A DNA stretch of 64,000 nt. Origin: Batkoa obscura. Its lineage: Eukaryota. Each line of letters begins with the position of its first letter. The stretch's first letter is position 1. A program made the position numbers and the translations under genes. Shown in pieces: positions 1-15,034 of the stretch. The notes under the pieces were generated by a model that had not been told where the DNA came from, ran no database searches, and saw nothing but the letters and a program-made list of their open reading frames with translations. Location: the NCBI GenBank assembly GCA_030770535.1, contig JASVEC010000021.1:682001-746000 (forward strand), read 5' to 3'.

Positions 1-567
1 ATTAATATTTTATAAAATAAAATAAAAATTAATTAATATCATATTGTATTATATTAAAATAATCCCATGTTGAATCCTTGAAAAATAAACCTTTTATGTT
101 TAGTAACTAATAAAAAACAATGAGCTATAATCCCAGATAAATGAAACCTTTTCTTGCTATGAATACATGTTACAAGTTTATAATTTCAATTAAAATAACA
201 TAGTTAATATTTCAATGTTTATTGATAATTTTGGATAAACAGTACTTTCCAAATATTAAAAAGAAATATCCCAATACCCTTCTTTATAATAAATAGGTGG
301 CCTAAACTTCAAGAACTTCCTTACCTTAATATTTTCCTTTCGATCAAATCTCTTATTTTCTTTTCTATTTTTCTTCAATTTAATTAAACCTAGTCCTTCT
401 CTCTTTCTATACCTTGATTATTATCCGACCAATATTAAGTAAATTCTTCTTTTCATAACAACTGAGTCTAAATAAATGAATCCAAAAAATAGAATCCCTG
501 CTTTTTATTCAATTGTTAGCTTTATCTTATTGTTATTCTTAAATTTATCAGAAATTTGCTTTTATAT

Positions 568-662
568 GGGAACGTATTTTTGTGTTTAAGAATTTTACTA
601 ACAATTTTTCCGTTCAAATGTGCTTAAAGATGGAAAAAGTAATGAAGTAAAAAAACACCCTC
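568..662 (+). mobile_element. ~100-bp MITE copy
   Basis: ATAT-GGGAACGTATTTT...AAAAAAACACCCTC-ATAT; matches the family consensus. Confidence 0.85.
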
Positions 663-1026
663 ATATTTACTTTAAACCAGCTTAAACATCTTCAGTTTTC
701 TTTATATTGTCAGCTTTACTTGATTTTCTCTGATGATTTATGTATTTTAAATCTACGATTAATAACTTACCTTGAAGTCTTACTAGCTAACAAAATAAAC
801 TATCTTATCCCTCCTTGAAATTCAAAATCTGATAAGCCATTTTTACTTCCATTATTTATATTATATCACTTATCAATATTCAATTTTTCAGAAATCAAAA
901 GTTATTATTATTATTTATCATTATAATAAACAATAAGTAAAATTATCAGAAACTCTTCTTTAATATACTATAACGTGAACTTTATTCTATAAAAAATAAC
1001 TCAATTCTTCATCTCCTCACCCCTCT

Positions 1027-4000
1027 TTAAAACAATAAATTTCTAATAAATTCCAATTTCAATTGGAATCCCCACATCATCAAATTAGGCTCCATTTTTC
1101 CTATATAGCTAGTTATCAATAGCCCATTTTCAATCACTTCAATTAAACAAGTATCTAATTGTTTGATTTGTTTAATTGATTCAAAATTTAAACTATTATA
1201 ATTCTGTTCTTCATTTTCATTATTGATAATAATCTTGAAGTTATTCTTATCATTATCTGAATTATTATTGATTAAATTAATATTCCCTTCTTTAATACTT
1301 TGTTTAACAATAAATACATTGTTTTCAATCATTTTTTCTACCATTGAGTGATTCCATTCAATATTAAATTGTTGATTAAATCTTAATACATTCAATACAC
1401 CTCTCGTAACTTCATTCAAACAATTCAATACAATTGCATAATCTTCTAAATTATTTAAATTCTCTTTTAATATTTGAATAATTTTAAAATAAAACATCAT
1501 TATTTTATTATTCCATAATGGCCAGCCAATCAATAATTTATTCATTTTATTGTTCAATATAAACATATTACTAATTCGAATAGTAATTAGTAATATTATT
1601 TTACTTTTTAATTTATTATTTTGAATTTCATATTCTATAATTCTCAACAAAAATTCAAATAAATGAACTTTAATACAATAAAATTGATGATTTGGATTAA
1701 ACCTAGCTACATTAAATAAATATTCAAGTATTGGTAATTGATGTAATTCCATTAATGTACTTCCATTAACTGGTGAAAAATAATAAGTTTGTAATAATAA
1801 TTGATTTTTTACTTTAATTAATTTTAAATCTAATTCATTCTTGATACTATTTTTAATTAATTTTAATATCCATTTTCTTTCTGCATTTGAATTTTTATGA
1901 AATCCTTCCATCATCTTACTAAAAAAGGGCAACTCTTTGAAATTCAAATTAGGTTTAGCTAAGAGATATCGATTAATTAAAAGATACATTGAATGTTTTG
2001 GGTTCATCACTGTTTGTAAACATAAACTAATAAAATTTGTAATACCCGATGGAATTCTTGGATTAGATTCTCTATCTTCTATTGAATTTTTTAATAAATT
2101 TAAGACCGTTAATACTTGTATTCTCTCGATAAATTTACTAGTCATAATTAAATTATAAACTTCATCTAATAATCTATAAGCTATATAGCGAGTACTTGAT
2201 TCATTGGATGATAAAGATATTATTAAATAATTTAATAAATTCTTTTTAATAAATGTTTCTACATTTAAATTATTACCAAATGTAAAATAATTAGCTATTA
2301 AATTTAATAAAAAATAGGGGTCATAAATTTTGATTGAATTTTCCTTATTATTTTCATTGACAAATTGAACTTCCTTTTCTTCTTTCTCAGTTAATAATTC
2401 TAATTGATTTAAACTTACATTCACTGGAAAATGATTACAAGAAAAGAGTACATTACTAGCTTCTAATTTGTCCATCGAATGAGTAACAATATCTCCATTC
2501 ATTATTAATTTTTTAATTTCCCATTCATTAAATTTAAAGATTAATTTATCAAATAATAATAAATAACTTCTTGTAGACATTAACTCTTTAATTTCAAAAT
2601 TACAAATTAATTTTAATAGTTGACGTTGATCTTTTGTATAATATCCTTGATAAATACTTATTAATTTAATTAATATTTCTTTTTTTAATATAAAATTTGG
2701 ATTAATATTATAAAATTGAACTATTAATTGAATTAATTGATGTTGTAATTCTAAATTTTCTATTTTATCCATAACTTCAATAATTATTAATTCAACTTCA
2801 CTCTTCTAAAAATAAGAATAAATAAAAATAAAAACAAAAATAAAAATAAACTTTACCATTTGATTCATTACATTTAAATCGAAATACTCAAAACATTTAA
2901 AAACATTAACATTGAATTCCATTTTTAAGTAAGTTGAAACTAATTTGAACAAAAATAAAACCATTTTTTTATCCTTCAATTTCTCCTTTTCATTTTGATC
3001 AAAATAACATTTCATCAACTCAATCATTTTATTACAATATTGAATTAATTGTTCTTTTGAAATCTCCTCAAATCTATTTTGATTAAAAATAATCTCAATA
3101 TCTTCACTTTTCCATAATTGAAATTTCCAAAATAGTAATATTAATTCCTCTCTATTGATATCTAGAATTTGATTCCATTTTTTCAATTTCCATTGTTTTA
3201 ATATGTTAATCACATTTTTCTCATCTTCTTTTATATAAGGTAAAAATAAATTTAACATCTCCATTTCATATCTTTCCTTTTCTATCAAAAATTGGACATA
3301 AATTTGACTAATTTTTTTCATTACCTTTTTATCTGTAATATCAGTTGAATCAAAATAAATTAAGTCCTCATTGTTTTCCTTGTACCTTAACATATTAAAA
3401 TAATTTTTAAATAACTCAAAATATTGTTGAAAATTCAATTCATCAATAAGAATCTTTTGACTTAATAAAAATTGCGTAAAGATAGATTTATATTTTCGGT
3501 TTAATATTAATATACTTAATAAGACTTTGATCTCATTTCTATTTAAATTAAATCGCATTAATTTATTTAATATTTTTTCTATCATTGGATTATTATTAAT
3601 TAGTTTCCAATTTTGTTGAATTAAATTATTATCATTATTATTATTATTATCTTTTTCTTCTTTTTCTTCTTCTAAACTAATTGATTTCTCTTGATTTAAT
3701 TCCACTTTAATAAATGGAACTAAAGTATGCAATAAATCTAATAAAATTAAATCCCAATTTTTATTATTACTCTTATTATTTAAATAAGTTTCTAATATTA
3801 AATTTAAATGTTGACTAAATAACCATTGTTTAATATTGAGATTTTTAATTTTTAATATTAATTTAATACATAATAAATTAATTTGATTGTTTTTTAATAT
3901 TAATTGATTAATAATTAATCCCATTCTTTCTTCTTCATTATACTGAAATTTAGGTATTAAATAATTGATTATCATAATGATGTTCTCATCATTTTCTATT

Positions 4001-5943
4001 CCATTATTGTTACTTTCAATGAATTCCATTAATTGAATTTTGAAATATTTTAATATAAAATCTATTCTATTGTAATCCATTTGAAACTTTTGGAAATTAT
4101 TCAAAACAAATAATAACAATTGATTGATCCATTTTGCTATTAAATTTCCTTTTAAATAATTTCTTTTAATACATTCATTCTCCAACAATAAACCGATTCT
4201 ATTAATAAATTGATTGATATTTTTCTCTTTGAACTTAAATTGTGATTGCAATTGAATATCAATATTGTTAAATAAGATTAAAAACAAAGAATTAATCCTT
4301 TTATTATCATTATTATTACTTTGATTCATTAAGAATAAATAATAATTACTAATAAAATTAAATTCAACTTCATAATGTTCATTATAATAATAAAATATTA
4401 ATTTAGAATATTCACTCTCAAAGCATTCTTCATTAATTAAGTATAGAAATATATTAGGTTGAATCAATTTAAAAAACTCAATAATAGGTTTTAATTCATT
4501 ATAATTTTCAATTTGAATCCAATTGAAATTAATAATTCCTTTTAAATAATAATAATTATTATGAATAAATTCTATTATTATGTTACTATTAAATTCATTT
4601 ATTGTATCTTTAGTGATGATTTTTATTAATTGATAAAATAATTGACTATTAATTATATTCTTATTATTATTTAATTGTTTTTTAATTTCATTTAATTGTC
4701 CATTATTTACTTTTAATTGATTTATAATATGTAATAAGCTAGTATTAAATTGAAATGCTTTATCCGTCATTATAATCTTCATTTCCTTATCTTTAGAATA
4801 ATTACCAAGATAACTCAATATAGTCATAAATAACTCATTAATCTCTTTATCTTTCATAATAATACTTTGATTTTGAACATAAAACTCCTTTAATACTTTA
4901 TAAATTAATTGAAAATCTTTAATAAAATGAGTTAAATCGATACTAATTGTCATTAAAAATTGAGTTATTATTAATTTATCTTCTTTTCCAATGTTTTGAT
5001 CTTGAATTTGATCTTTAAAGATAACTAACACTGCTAAATATAATGGTGAAAAGGGTACTGTTGTTACTTCGATATTATTCTGTTGTTGTTGTTGTAAATA
5101 AATTAATTGATCTATTAAAGCAAATGAATATTTAATAAAATAAGTAAATGAAAAATCTAGTATTGAATAAATAATATTCTTATTTTGAAATAATTGAATA
5201 CAATTTAACCAAATATTTAATTCTAATTGATTTAAATTATTATTATTATTAAATAAATTAGATAAACTAAAATATTTTTCAATTACTTTTTTACTTTGTA
5301 ATTGAATTTTATCACTCTTATTTTTATTATTACCCGAATTGTTAATATAAATTTTAATAATTTGTATTAAAATTGATTCTTTTTTATCTGGTTGATTGGA
5401 ATACCATTTAAGTTCCGCCAAATTTTCCAATAAACTTAATAAATTCGATTGAATTGATGGACTTAATTTAGTAATATTTTTGTTAATAATAAATTTATTG
5501 AAATCGATATTTGATTGTAATACTAAATCTGGAAAATATTTCAAATAATCGATTAATAGTTTTAAATTAATTTCTTGTAATAAATATTGTTTTTTTTCAT
5601 TTTTGATTAAATTTAAATTATTTGTCATTGTTAATAAAGATTGAAAATCTAATATTCTTTTTTTGTATTCTAATTGAATTTGTTCATTTAATTCTTGATA
5701 TTTTTTGACAATTTTGCTTTGATTTAATAATTTATATTGCTGAATATATAATTGAATTTGTTGATTTACTTTTTCCAATTTATTAAAACTAATTTTAATA
5801 ACCAAACATGTATAGTATTGAATCATTTTATTATCATGTTGAATTCCTTTTAATTGATATGTTTTCAATATATTTTGTGGTAATATGTTTTCAATTATTA
5901 CTTTAAATGAAGGTAATTGTAATTGTTGTAATTGTAATTGTTG

Positions 5944-5984
<41 letters not shown>

Positions 5985-7407
5985 CATTATTATTATTGTT
6001 AAATTCTGGGACATCCAAATTAATAATCTTCAATAATAATGAAATATTACTTAACCAATTAACAGATAATCTTGGTTCAAAACTTAAATTACAATAATTC
6101 CAATAATAAGATACTAATTCGGGACAAGTATTAAATATTGTTAATAATAATTTTTGATGAATTAAATTAGTATTTGCTTGTAACCCAAAACAAAACTCTA
6201 ATAATTTATTATTATTCATTTTTCTCTTCTTTTTTTCATTACTTTGTTGAATCACTATTGTTTCTATTTCATTCCATCCATTAGATTTAATACATATACC
6301 ATAGCCTGATACACTACATATTGATACTAAAAATTTATAAACTAAATCTGATATTTCAATTTCATTATTATTATCATTCACAATTTGATGATTATTTAAT
6401 AATTCTAAGCACTAAAAATTACATTAACATTTAACTCATAACAATAAATTAAATTAAAAATAAAACTTACTTTACTTAAAAAATCATCATTAAATAAATC
6501 AAATAAAAACATCTTGTTATTATAATTTGTATTACTAATAATATTGACTACAAACTTAGTTAGGATATTAAAAAGATTTAATATAAACTCTGGATCATCC
6601 AAATGTAATCCTTTAACTAATCGTTGAATTGGTATTTGATAAGTTAAATTCCAATTTGATTTATTATATTTAATCACTTCAAAACAAGTTTCACAATACC
6701 TCAAAAATTCCCATCGAGTTTCTATATAAATTATTATTATATTAAGTATTATCTTATTATTAGTTGAATTATTAAACTTACTCTTCCTTTCTTGCTCTTG
6801 ATATTCTTGTACACTTTTACCATCCAAAAATTCTTCATTAACTTTAATATTATTTAAAACGCGACCAATAATCTGAAAATAAAATATCAATTATAAAATC
6901 AATTAAAGCCTTTTCTCTTATTTAACTTACTTGTGGTTTCATTTGAAACACAATAAACACTTCATTGAAATTACCATTAAAATAAAAGACAATTGTTTTC
7001 AATAATTTAAAACAAAGCTGATGTAATTTAGCTACATTAACTTTTAAATAACTCATAATTTTATCATTAAATTTTAATATCAATTTTTTAATCAATGAAT
7101 TTCTTTCATTATGACCTTTAAATTGTAATACCTCTTCATCATAAGATAATAATTCTAAACTCCATATTATTAGTTGAAGTAGATGGATATTTACTTGGAA
7201 ATGAGTGGAATTAGATGATTCTAATGTTTCCCAATAATTTAATATCTCTTCAATATTGGGAGAATGTTTTAAATAGATCAATAGAGTAGATAAATGTAAT
7301 TGATTTTCTTTAGGTTGAATTTGTTCATATAATTGCCGAATTGTAGATTCTATTAATTGCGGTTGCTTTAAAGCTTCTTTAATTTCACTACCTGTTAAAC
7401 AATCCAT
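1027..7407 (-). CDS. URB1: Nucleolar pre-ribosomal-associated protein 1 (Urb1/Npa1), multi-exon
   Basis: Four consecutive minus-strand ORFs, each running into a GTAAGT/GTAAAG donor followed by a short intron. Family-like motifs LVKGLHLDDPEFILNLFNIL, LSFEPRLSVNW, YDPYFLL and a C-terminal NopRA1-like RYLLAKPNLNFKELPFF...ERKWIL. Length of about 2000 aa fits Urb1. Confidence 0.85.
5944..6000. repeat. (AAT)n trinucleotide tract encoding poly-Asn within URB1
   Basis: Run of (tta)n, in frame as NNNNNNDNNNN... Confidence 0.9.
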
Positions 7408-7640
7408 TATTTTTTACTATTGCTCTATATGATGGATATTGATTCCTCTTTTATTTTTTATCTATAAAAATGTTAGTCTTAAAAAAAAAGAATCAAAACT
7501 TTCACTTTAGTCAAAAATTGAATTTAAATGTCAAAATTCAAAAAAAATTTAAACCAATTAAAATCGAAGAATTTGTAAAAAACTAATTTTTAATATTTTT
7601 AATTACATTTGTTTTATTTAATTAACAAAAAAAGCATTTA

Positions 7641-10374
7641 TCAAATGAACAACCCTTCATAAAACAAATCTTCTTTATCTAATATCACCTCCTTTTCCTT
7701 CTGTCCATTAAAAATTCTATTCAGACCTCCCTCTTTAATAAACAAAATCAAATTACTCGCTTTACCTTTTGTCAACTTTTTTACACCTTCCAAATCAACT
7801 CCTTTTCTTTTCACTTCATCTAATCTCAAAATCAATTTATTAATTAATTTTTCCTGTAGTTTCGAAATAGGTTGTTGTTTCCAATTCGCTTTTTTTAGTA
7901 TAAATGGTATTGAATTGGAGTGTCGATTACGAATATAAGTTTCACATGATAATATAATAGATTCTAAACTATCGGATTTGATCGGGAGCACTCGAGGTGT
8001 ATAGAAAATAAATGCTTTATTATATAGGATTTTTTTGCGATATTTGACGATGTAATGAGCTAATGTTAAGTATGTTTTTATTAACTATTATGTTTTGTTA
8101 ATATAATTCAACTTACTATCTTCTTTTTCAATTCGAATTTGACCATTTAATAAATTTAAAACAAAACAATTTTCATCTAACATAACCCAATCAAAATCAC
8201 CCATATTATCTTCTTTTTTTTTAGTTTGATTTTGTATAAAATTAATATGATTCAAATTATCATAATGAATTAATTGAATATTTTTAATAAAATTTGGTAA
8301 TACCACTTTTTTTTTTTCCTCTTCTTTTTTCTCTTTCTCTTCTTTTTCTTTTTCTTTCATCTTCTCTTTTTTCTCGATCAATTGACTTATTTTTTGTTCT
8401 TTTAATATTAAATTATAATCCATACCTAAAAGAGTAGGTATACTACATAATGTTTTATCTTTTTGTACATCAACAAAATCTAATATTAAACATTCTTTTT
8501 TTCCTGTATGCTTTCGCATCCCTCGTCCTAACATTTGTTGATATAATGGCTTACTTTTTGTTGGACGGGCCATGATAATACAATCAATATTTGGGATATC
8601 TGTATTATTTTTAACAAATATAAATATAAATATTAAATTCTAATTTACCCAAACCTTCAGTTAAAATAGCTATTAATATTTTAAAGAATAAAAATAAATT
8701 AATTAAATAATTAAGATAAATAATAGAAATAAAATAAAACTTACTACAATTAATTAAAACTTTTAATTTCCCAATTCTAAAATTTTCAATATATTCTTGT
8801 CTTAGTTCAAGTCTTGTTTGACTACTAATAACTTCACATTCAATTTTCCAAAATTTAAATTTTTTTTCGAGATTTGTAGCATGTTGGATATTTAACGCAA
8901 ATATTATTGTTGATTTTCTGGTTTCTATGGACGAATAACAAAATTATAAAAAAAAGTATTAATAATTATTAATATAACTATCGATGTATAGAGGTAATTA
9001 ATAAACTTACTTGCTAATCTTCTATATCCATGAATAATTAAATTGTTTCTTTCTTCTGTATCAATAGCAGTTGCTAATTGAGTTTGATTATAATCACCCA
9101 ATACATAACCCACATTAGAAAGATCAATCTCTGTTTTGATTGTTGTAGCTTTGATATCACATAACCTAAAGTTAAATCGTGAAAAATAAAAAATAAAATC
9201 CTATTAATTCATATAGAATATCTACCATCCTTCTTTTACCATTTCAAAAAAATCTTTATGATAAATAATTTTATCAAATATTTTAGATAGTCCAACACCA
9301 TCATGTCTTCTTAGAGTAGCAGAACAGCCCCATAATAATATTTTATTATTAATTTTATTACTATCTAAATTATTTTCTTCTTCATTTTTAATCAAACCGA
9401 AATGATTTAATATTCTAAGATAAGTGATAGCCGATGAGTGATGGGCCTATAGAATTAAAAAGAATTATAAAAGATTAAACAAAATGATAACATTATTTCT
9501 ATTTCATTAAATTCCTTATAAGTTTTATCACTTACCTCATCAATAATCACACATTTAAACTTCTCTTTATGAAATCTAGCTAACCTTTTACCATTATTAT
9601 AACCTAAAGATTGTACTGATACTAAAATCACATCCGTATTATCAATATCACATTGATGACGTCCACGCTCGATATCAATTCTCTAATGTTTTTGAATCTA
9701 TTTAATATAATCTTCAATTTAAATACTTATTTTTATTTTCATTTTTATATATAAATATAAAAACGATAATACGAATAGTAAATAAAACGGAACTGACTTA
9801 CTAATTTTGGGTTAAAATTTTTAATAGTTCTAAAAGCTTGAAATAATAACTCTTGTCGATGTGCTAATACTAATACTTTATCTCCACCTTTTATAAATGT
9901 TGGTATCTGTGGTATCAAGTGCGCCATTACTACCTATTTTTTATCCATTATTAAATCCAAACTCTTAGTTTTCAGAATACTTGACATTACTGTTTTTCCG
10001 CTACCTAGATTAAAATTTAATAAAATTATTGTTATTGAGTTTTTGTTTTGATAGTATTGAATAAAAATGATTATTTACCAACTGGTAAAGAGATAGCTTG
10101 TCGTGTTATTCCTGAATTTAATCCATTTATGGTACTCTCAATACATTCTTTTTGATAATTTCGAAGTCGTATCGAATTGGACTTCGCTATGGAGTGTTAA
10201 TGATTTAATTTTGAAACGATTCAATAATTGGGATTACTTTTTGCCAGTCTAGTATGAATTAAATTGATTTGAATTAATAACTTTTTCCTAAATAAATAGG
10301 TTTTATCAATTGTTGTTAAGTGTGGTTGTTGTTAAAATGAATTACCCTCGAATGAAATTGGATTTTAATAGCAT
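7641..10374 (-). CDS. IRC3: Irc3-like mitochondrial SF2 (DEAH) helicase, multi-exon
   Basis: Spliced translation gives LRNYQKECI (Q motif), LPVGSGKT (Walker A), VLVLAHRQELL, VIIDEAHH, GCSATLRRHDG, LTEGLDIP and ARPTKS..LYQQMLGRGMR. The C-terminal LTKGKASNLI region is typical of Irc3. ATG at 10374 has a basic leader. Confidence 0.85.
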
Positions 10375-11244
10375 TTTTTTACGAAAGAAGAACTGATGTG
10401 GTTGTCTTTCATTCAAAAATAGATAATTGAAATTTTAGGTTTTTTCATTAATTTTCATATTTTGAGCAATATAAACTTTTGAAACTTTATTAGTAAAAAT
10501 AACTGAATAAAAAATAAGTCAATTATGAGAAATTACAAAATAAATAGCAAAATATTTGAAATATTGGTTTCCATTAAATATATTATTTGATATTTGTAGA
10601 ACAGCAGTCAAAGCCCAGCTTATTAAGAGAACAGTTGGATATTATTGCAAAAAACTAACTTTTGATGTAAAGCCTATCTTATCACCAATGGTTTATTATC
10701 CCTTAATCATTTACATATTTAAGGTGATCTAGTACCCTTCTAACTATGCTTAATTTTAAAAGGAGTAAAACTATCTTTAATTTATATCTTTAATATATTG
10801 TAATCACTACTAAAAAGCTGCTCTCAAAGCAGTTCATTAAATAAAGTGGCTATAGATTTTAGACATGTCTACCCACAGCATTTTCTACTGTTAAACAATA
10901 TAATTCTCTAAATAACTTGTATTAATAACTTTAATCAATATAAAAAGCTAAAAGACGAAATCAGCTTAATAGTCATACTAGAACTATTGAATAATTAATT
11001 ATAATTGATAAAACTTGAAAAAGGTCAGGATCAAATGAATTTTATTTTAATTTCTACAAAACTAATACATTATATAAACCATTAATAAAGCATTTAAGAC
11101 TAACATTGATTTCTATAACCTTAGTTATTTGGTTTCTATAGCTACTAGCTAAGTCATTTTCGAATTATGATATTATTCAAGCCATGTTTCCCTTTAAATT
11201 ATAGCTAATACATTTAATAATAATTTATGACTATATATCAATAT

Positions 11245-11342
11245 GGGGTTGTGTTTTTGTGTTTAAGAACTTTACTAACAATCTTGCCACTCAAATAACG
11301 CTTAAAATATAGAAAAAGTAATGAAGTCAAAAAAACATTCTC
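11245..11342 (+). mobile_element. ~100-bp MITE copy
   Basis: Consensus match with ATAT flanks. Confidence 0.85.
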
Positions 11343-12130
11343 ATATACTATTATCAACGATCTTATCAATCAACATAGCTCTACCAAATTAACAGTAATT
11401 ATACAATCGAAATAAAACTATGAAGATTGTATACATAAAAATTCAGGCCCAATTTCAGTTTAACAAATACTACAATAATGCAATTGATCAAGTAACATAT
11501 AACACTTGTATAGATTATTAAAGGACTAAATGATGAAATTAGATTTTTTTAGGTCATAAAAGAATACTTTTTTAAAGGATTTTGCATAGCTATTTGATAC
11601 AAGCCCCAGTTAGACAACTACAACCGACAAACATTGCATAATTAACTCCCAAGTTAACTATGTCTACCCCTTGAAAAAGGTAGAAAAGTCGGTGAATCTC
11701 AGAATACTATCCTTGATTATAATGTCATTCCTTTTTTTCCCTAAGGATTAGCTCAAAGTTTAATTTAAACTGTTGATATCTATTTAGTCTTGCGATATTT
11801 CGGCCTAGATCTTAACTATTGTAATGCCATTCAATCCTCGAATACCACAAGGTAAATCATTAACAACGCAGTTGATCAATTAACAATTTGAATTTAATAA
11901 ACTAAACCTTTGATTTCTAAAATTTAATTGGAACCATAGAACTCTATCCTTTTAAAAGTTTTTTGATAAATTTATTTTGAATAATTAGATGCTCACTAGT
12001 CATTGTTTCCTCTTAGTTGATGGACATATTGAGTTACTAACCATAATAAATTAGCAAGTAGTCGAAAACGCTATTAAATCAAAAAGAACCAGTTAATATT
12101 TAACCGAAATCTAGAAGCTTTTTTACACAT

Positions 12131-12228
12131 GGGGATGTTTTTTTGATTTCATTACTTTTTCCATGTTTTAAGCGTTATTTGAGTGGCAAGATTGTTAGTA
12201 AAATTCTTAAACAAAAAAATACATCCCC
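12131..12228 (-). mobile_element. ~100-bp MITE copy
   Basis: Reverse-complement consensus match, GGGGATG...CATCCCC. Confidence 0.85.
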
Positions 12229-12467
12229 ATATAGTTTTAGTAGACAAATTTCAAAGTTTGACTTTATATACCTATTAAAATGCGTAATTGGGGGTTATTT
12301 AATAAGGTTGAGAATTAGGTTGAAATGACTAACTCAAATGCTAAAACCTATTGAACTACAAATAATATTTGTTAATTTATAAAATGGACAATTAACTAAT
12401 ATTGATTTTTATTAAAAGTTGAGAATATATGGGATGTATCTTTTTGTTTAAGAATTTACCAACGATT

Positions 12468-13665
12468 GGGGTTGTCTGAATTAGTTTCGTTATTTTATCC
12501 AATTTTTTATTAAAACAAAAGTACCCGGACACAGTTCTAAATCATTGTATTATAGTTTATACTGTAAGTTAGCTGAATTTCTACTAGATCTTAAATAAAT
12601 ATTCTTATAAAATTTTATCGAGAAATATTTATTATTGACCACTTTATAACCAACATTGGAGATTTGTTATCAAATAAATAAACTATTCCGATGCTATAAT
12701 TACATTATTAATATATTGCTAGGTTAATAAATAGCTGCATGGGAAGGAGCGGTTAGCCTCAAAACTATAATTAACCATCTCTATATAGCACAAGTAACAC
12801 AATAATAGTTTTTACATATTATTACAACTACTTATTCTTTGACTATTTATTGACTTAGCTCCTATCGTATTGAAATTTTCAAAAATTCCATTTCGAAGTT
12901 TAGTTATGAAAGTTTCTATTTTATTCTTATTTCAACAAAAAATAATGTCAAATAGCTTTGTTTATATAATTATATAGTTATATATTATATATTTACTAAA
13001 TATCTAACAGAGATAACATAAAACGTATAGTTAGTGTGAAATCTGGTACTCAGGGTTTGGAGTCAAGAACAGTTATTGGTGGGTTGACTACACTATAAGT
13101 CAAAAGGTCTTAGTTTATGTGACTAAGATAAACTTGGGTTATGAGGAATAGCATGTAATAGGTTACAAACTATATAAGACAAATAGAATAGACAATACTA
13201 ATGTAAAATCTATGTAAAATACTATTAAGAAAACTTAGTGGCTTTATTAAATGTTCGAGATATTAAAGAATAATTCAGTTAAAAAGCCTGGAACTACTAT
13301 ACTCTGTAAACTCTTTTATACTCTGAAAAGTATAAATATCAAAATGAGAAGATAATGTTCTTTGGGATGGAGCTAGAAATTCTCATAGCAAATCGAAACA
13401 AGAATGTGGAACTGATTTTCTCTGAACTCGAGAACACAACAGCTTAGGCGATTGTTATGCTATAATTAACCATGGGACTGACAAAGCGATATTTCACAGT
13501 TAGGAAAATTAGCTATTTAAGAAAAGGAAACAATTAAAATAAGTTTTAAATAAAGAGATTTAATTTTAGGCTTTTTAGATTTAATCATCACATTAGACAC
13601 AACTTTAAAAATTTTAAATTTGGATTAACTTTTAAGTAGATTCTAAAACCAATTCGGACAACCCC
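12468..13665 (+). mobile_element. Non-autonomous TIR element B (~730 bp without its nested LTR)
   Basis: 20-bp TIRs: GGGGTTGTCTGAATTAGTTT on the left and reverse complement GGGGTTGTCCGAATTGGTTT on the right (18/20). Flanks GATT and AACT are each one mismatch from AATT. Confidence 0.8.
13035..13498 (+). mobile_element. Solo LTR (464 bp)
   Basis: TGTGAAAT...ATTTCACA termini, a perfect 5-bp TSD GTTAG (13030-13034 and 13499-13503), and two further copies in the window. Confidence 0.88.
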
Positions 13666-14548
13666 AACTATTCTACTCAAATAACATTTGAAAAATGGAA
13701 AAAGTAATGAAATAAAAAAAACATATGGGGATGTTTTTAGTTTTTAATGAGTAGTTAAAGTAGTATCTTTCAAATAACAATCCATAATAAAAGGTCAAGA
13801 ACAAACAGCATTTTCAAATATAGTACCAAAGTACTAAAAACTACATTAGTGAAAATTTCTTTTTCAGATTTCGAGTAGTTAAGCCTAAAAAATGTAAGGT
13901 ACTATTTAGACAAGAAAACTTTTCATTCGTAAAGAGAACAATGAACTGGAAAGAAACCCAATCAAGAAATCAAAGATAATTTTATAATATTGCCTATTAA
14001 TGACCCAAATAACTAGAATAGTTAATTGAAACATAAAATATCATGATCATGTACAAAAAAGGATCTCTATTTATATATTATACTATGCTCATTACGATGA
14101 TTATCTAAAGTATATGAATAAGATACCCATACAGATAGAATATACAGGAAGCCCAAAAAACATGCTAAATAATGTCTAAAGAGAGAAAATATAGAACATA
14201 GGAGGTTGAAATTAGTTAATTATAAGTTTGAGCTTGGGGGAGATAAAAATAAGCAACTTTATCAACTCTCTAGACCAGCGTTATTAATTTAGTAATAAGG
14301 CCTAGGCAGAAAAGCACTAGGCATTCAAAAATTTAACTTTAACATCTGAAGGATGAAAGTATTATTAAAAATCCATTAGTACATAGAATAAGTTGATTCT
14401 CTGTAACTTTACTGAGATTTTATCAACATTAATTTTAATAAATTACTATAAGTAGGCTATGGGGTAGAAGAAGGTTTTATGACGTTTTTTTGAATAGCTG
14501 TGCCCGTAATAAAAACTTATATTAAAATACAAAGCTATATGATCATAT

Positions 14549-14646
14549 GGGGATGTATTTTTGTGTTTAAGAATTTTTCAACAAATTCTCCACTCAAATA
14601 GCGCTTAAAAAGTGGAAAAAATAATGAAGTCAAAAAAAACACTCCC
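14549..14646 (+). mobile_element. ~100-bp MITE copy (near consensus)
   Basis: ATAT-GGGGATGT...ACACTCCC-ATAT. Confidence 0.9.
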
Positions 14647-15034
14647 ATATGTAACATGTTTCATATTTAAATGTATATAGATGTATTAAATTTTTTATTA
14701 ATCTCTTTACTAAAACTTTTAAGTAATTTTTTATGCTAAAAAGTTGATTTAAATCTTTCATAAATTAAAGCTACTGACTAAACATGATGTCTTATAATAA
14801 TACAATTAGTATTGTGAAATTCTAATCTGGTATTGATTTATAAAACTATATTGATTTGCTATTTATTTAACTGGGATTCCAATATTTAGTACAATTTCAT
14901 TATTTTATTAATATGATTTCCTATTCTATTTTATATCAACAGTTCTTATTCATTAAGTTAGTATTTAATATAATTTAAAATGTATAATATATTTATTAAG
15001 AATAATGAAGAATAAAGAATAGCAGATGATCACT

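Larger units (their letters stand above)
12431..13722 (+). mobile_element. MITE copy split by nested insertions (halves 12431-12467 and 13666-~13722)
   Basis: The 5' third of the MITE stops at 12467 and the remainder resumes at 13666. Confidence 0.75.

Noticed and set aside
1937..2158. Short antisense or alternative-frame ORFs (also 15154, 32535, 53363, 62284)
   Set aside because: Shadows of real genes with no independent coding signal.
12143..12328. Small ORFs at 12143, 32274, 40255, 51153, 56867 and 62702
   Set aside because: They overlap a MITE, an LTR end, promoters or 3' flanks, and show no recognisable protein features.
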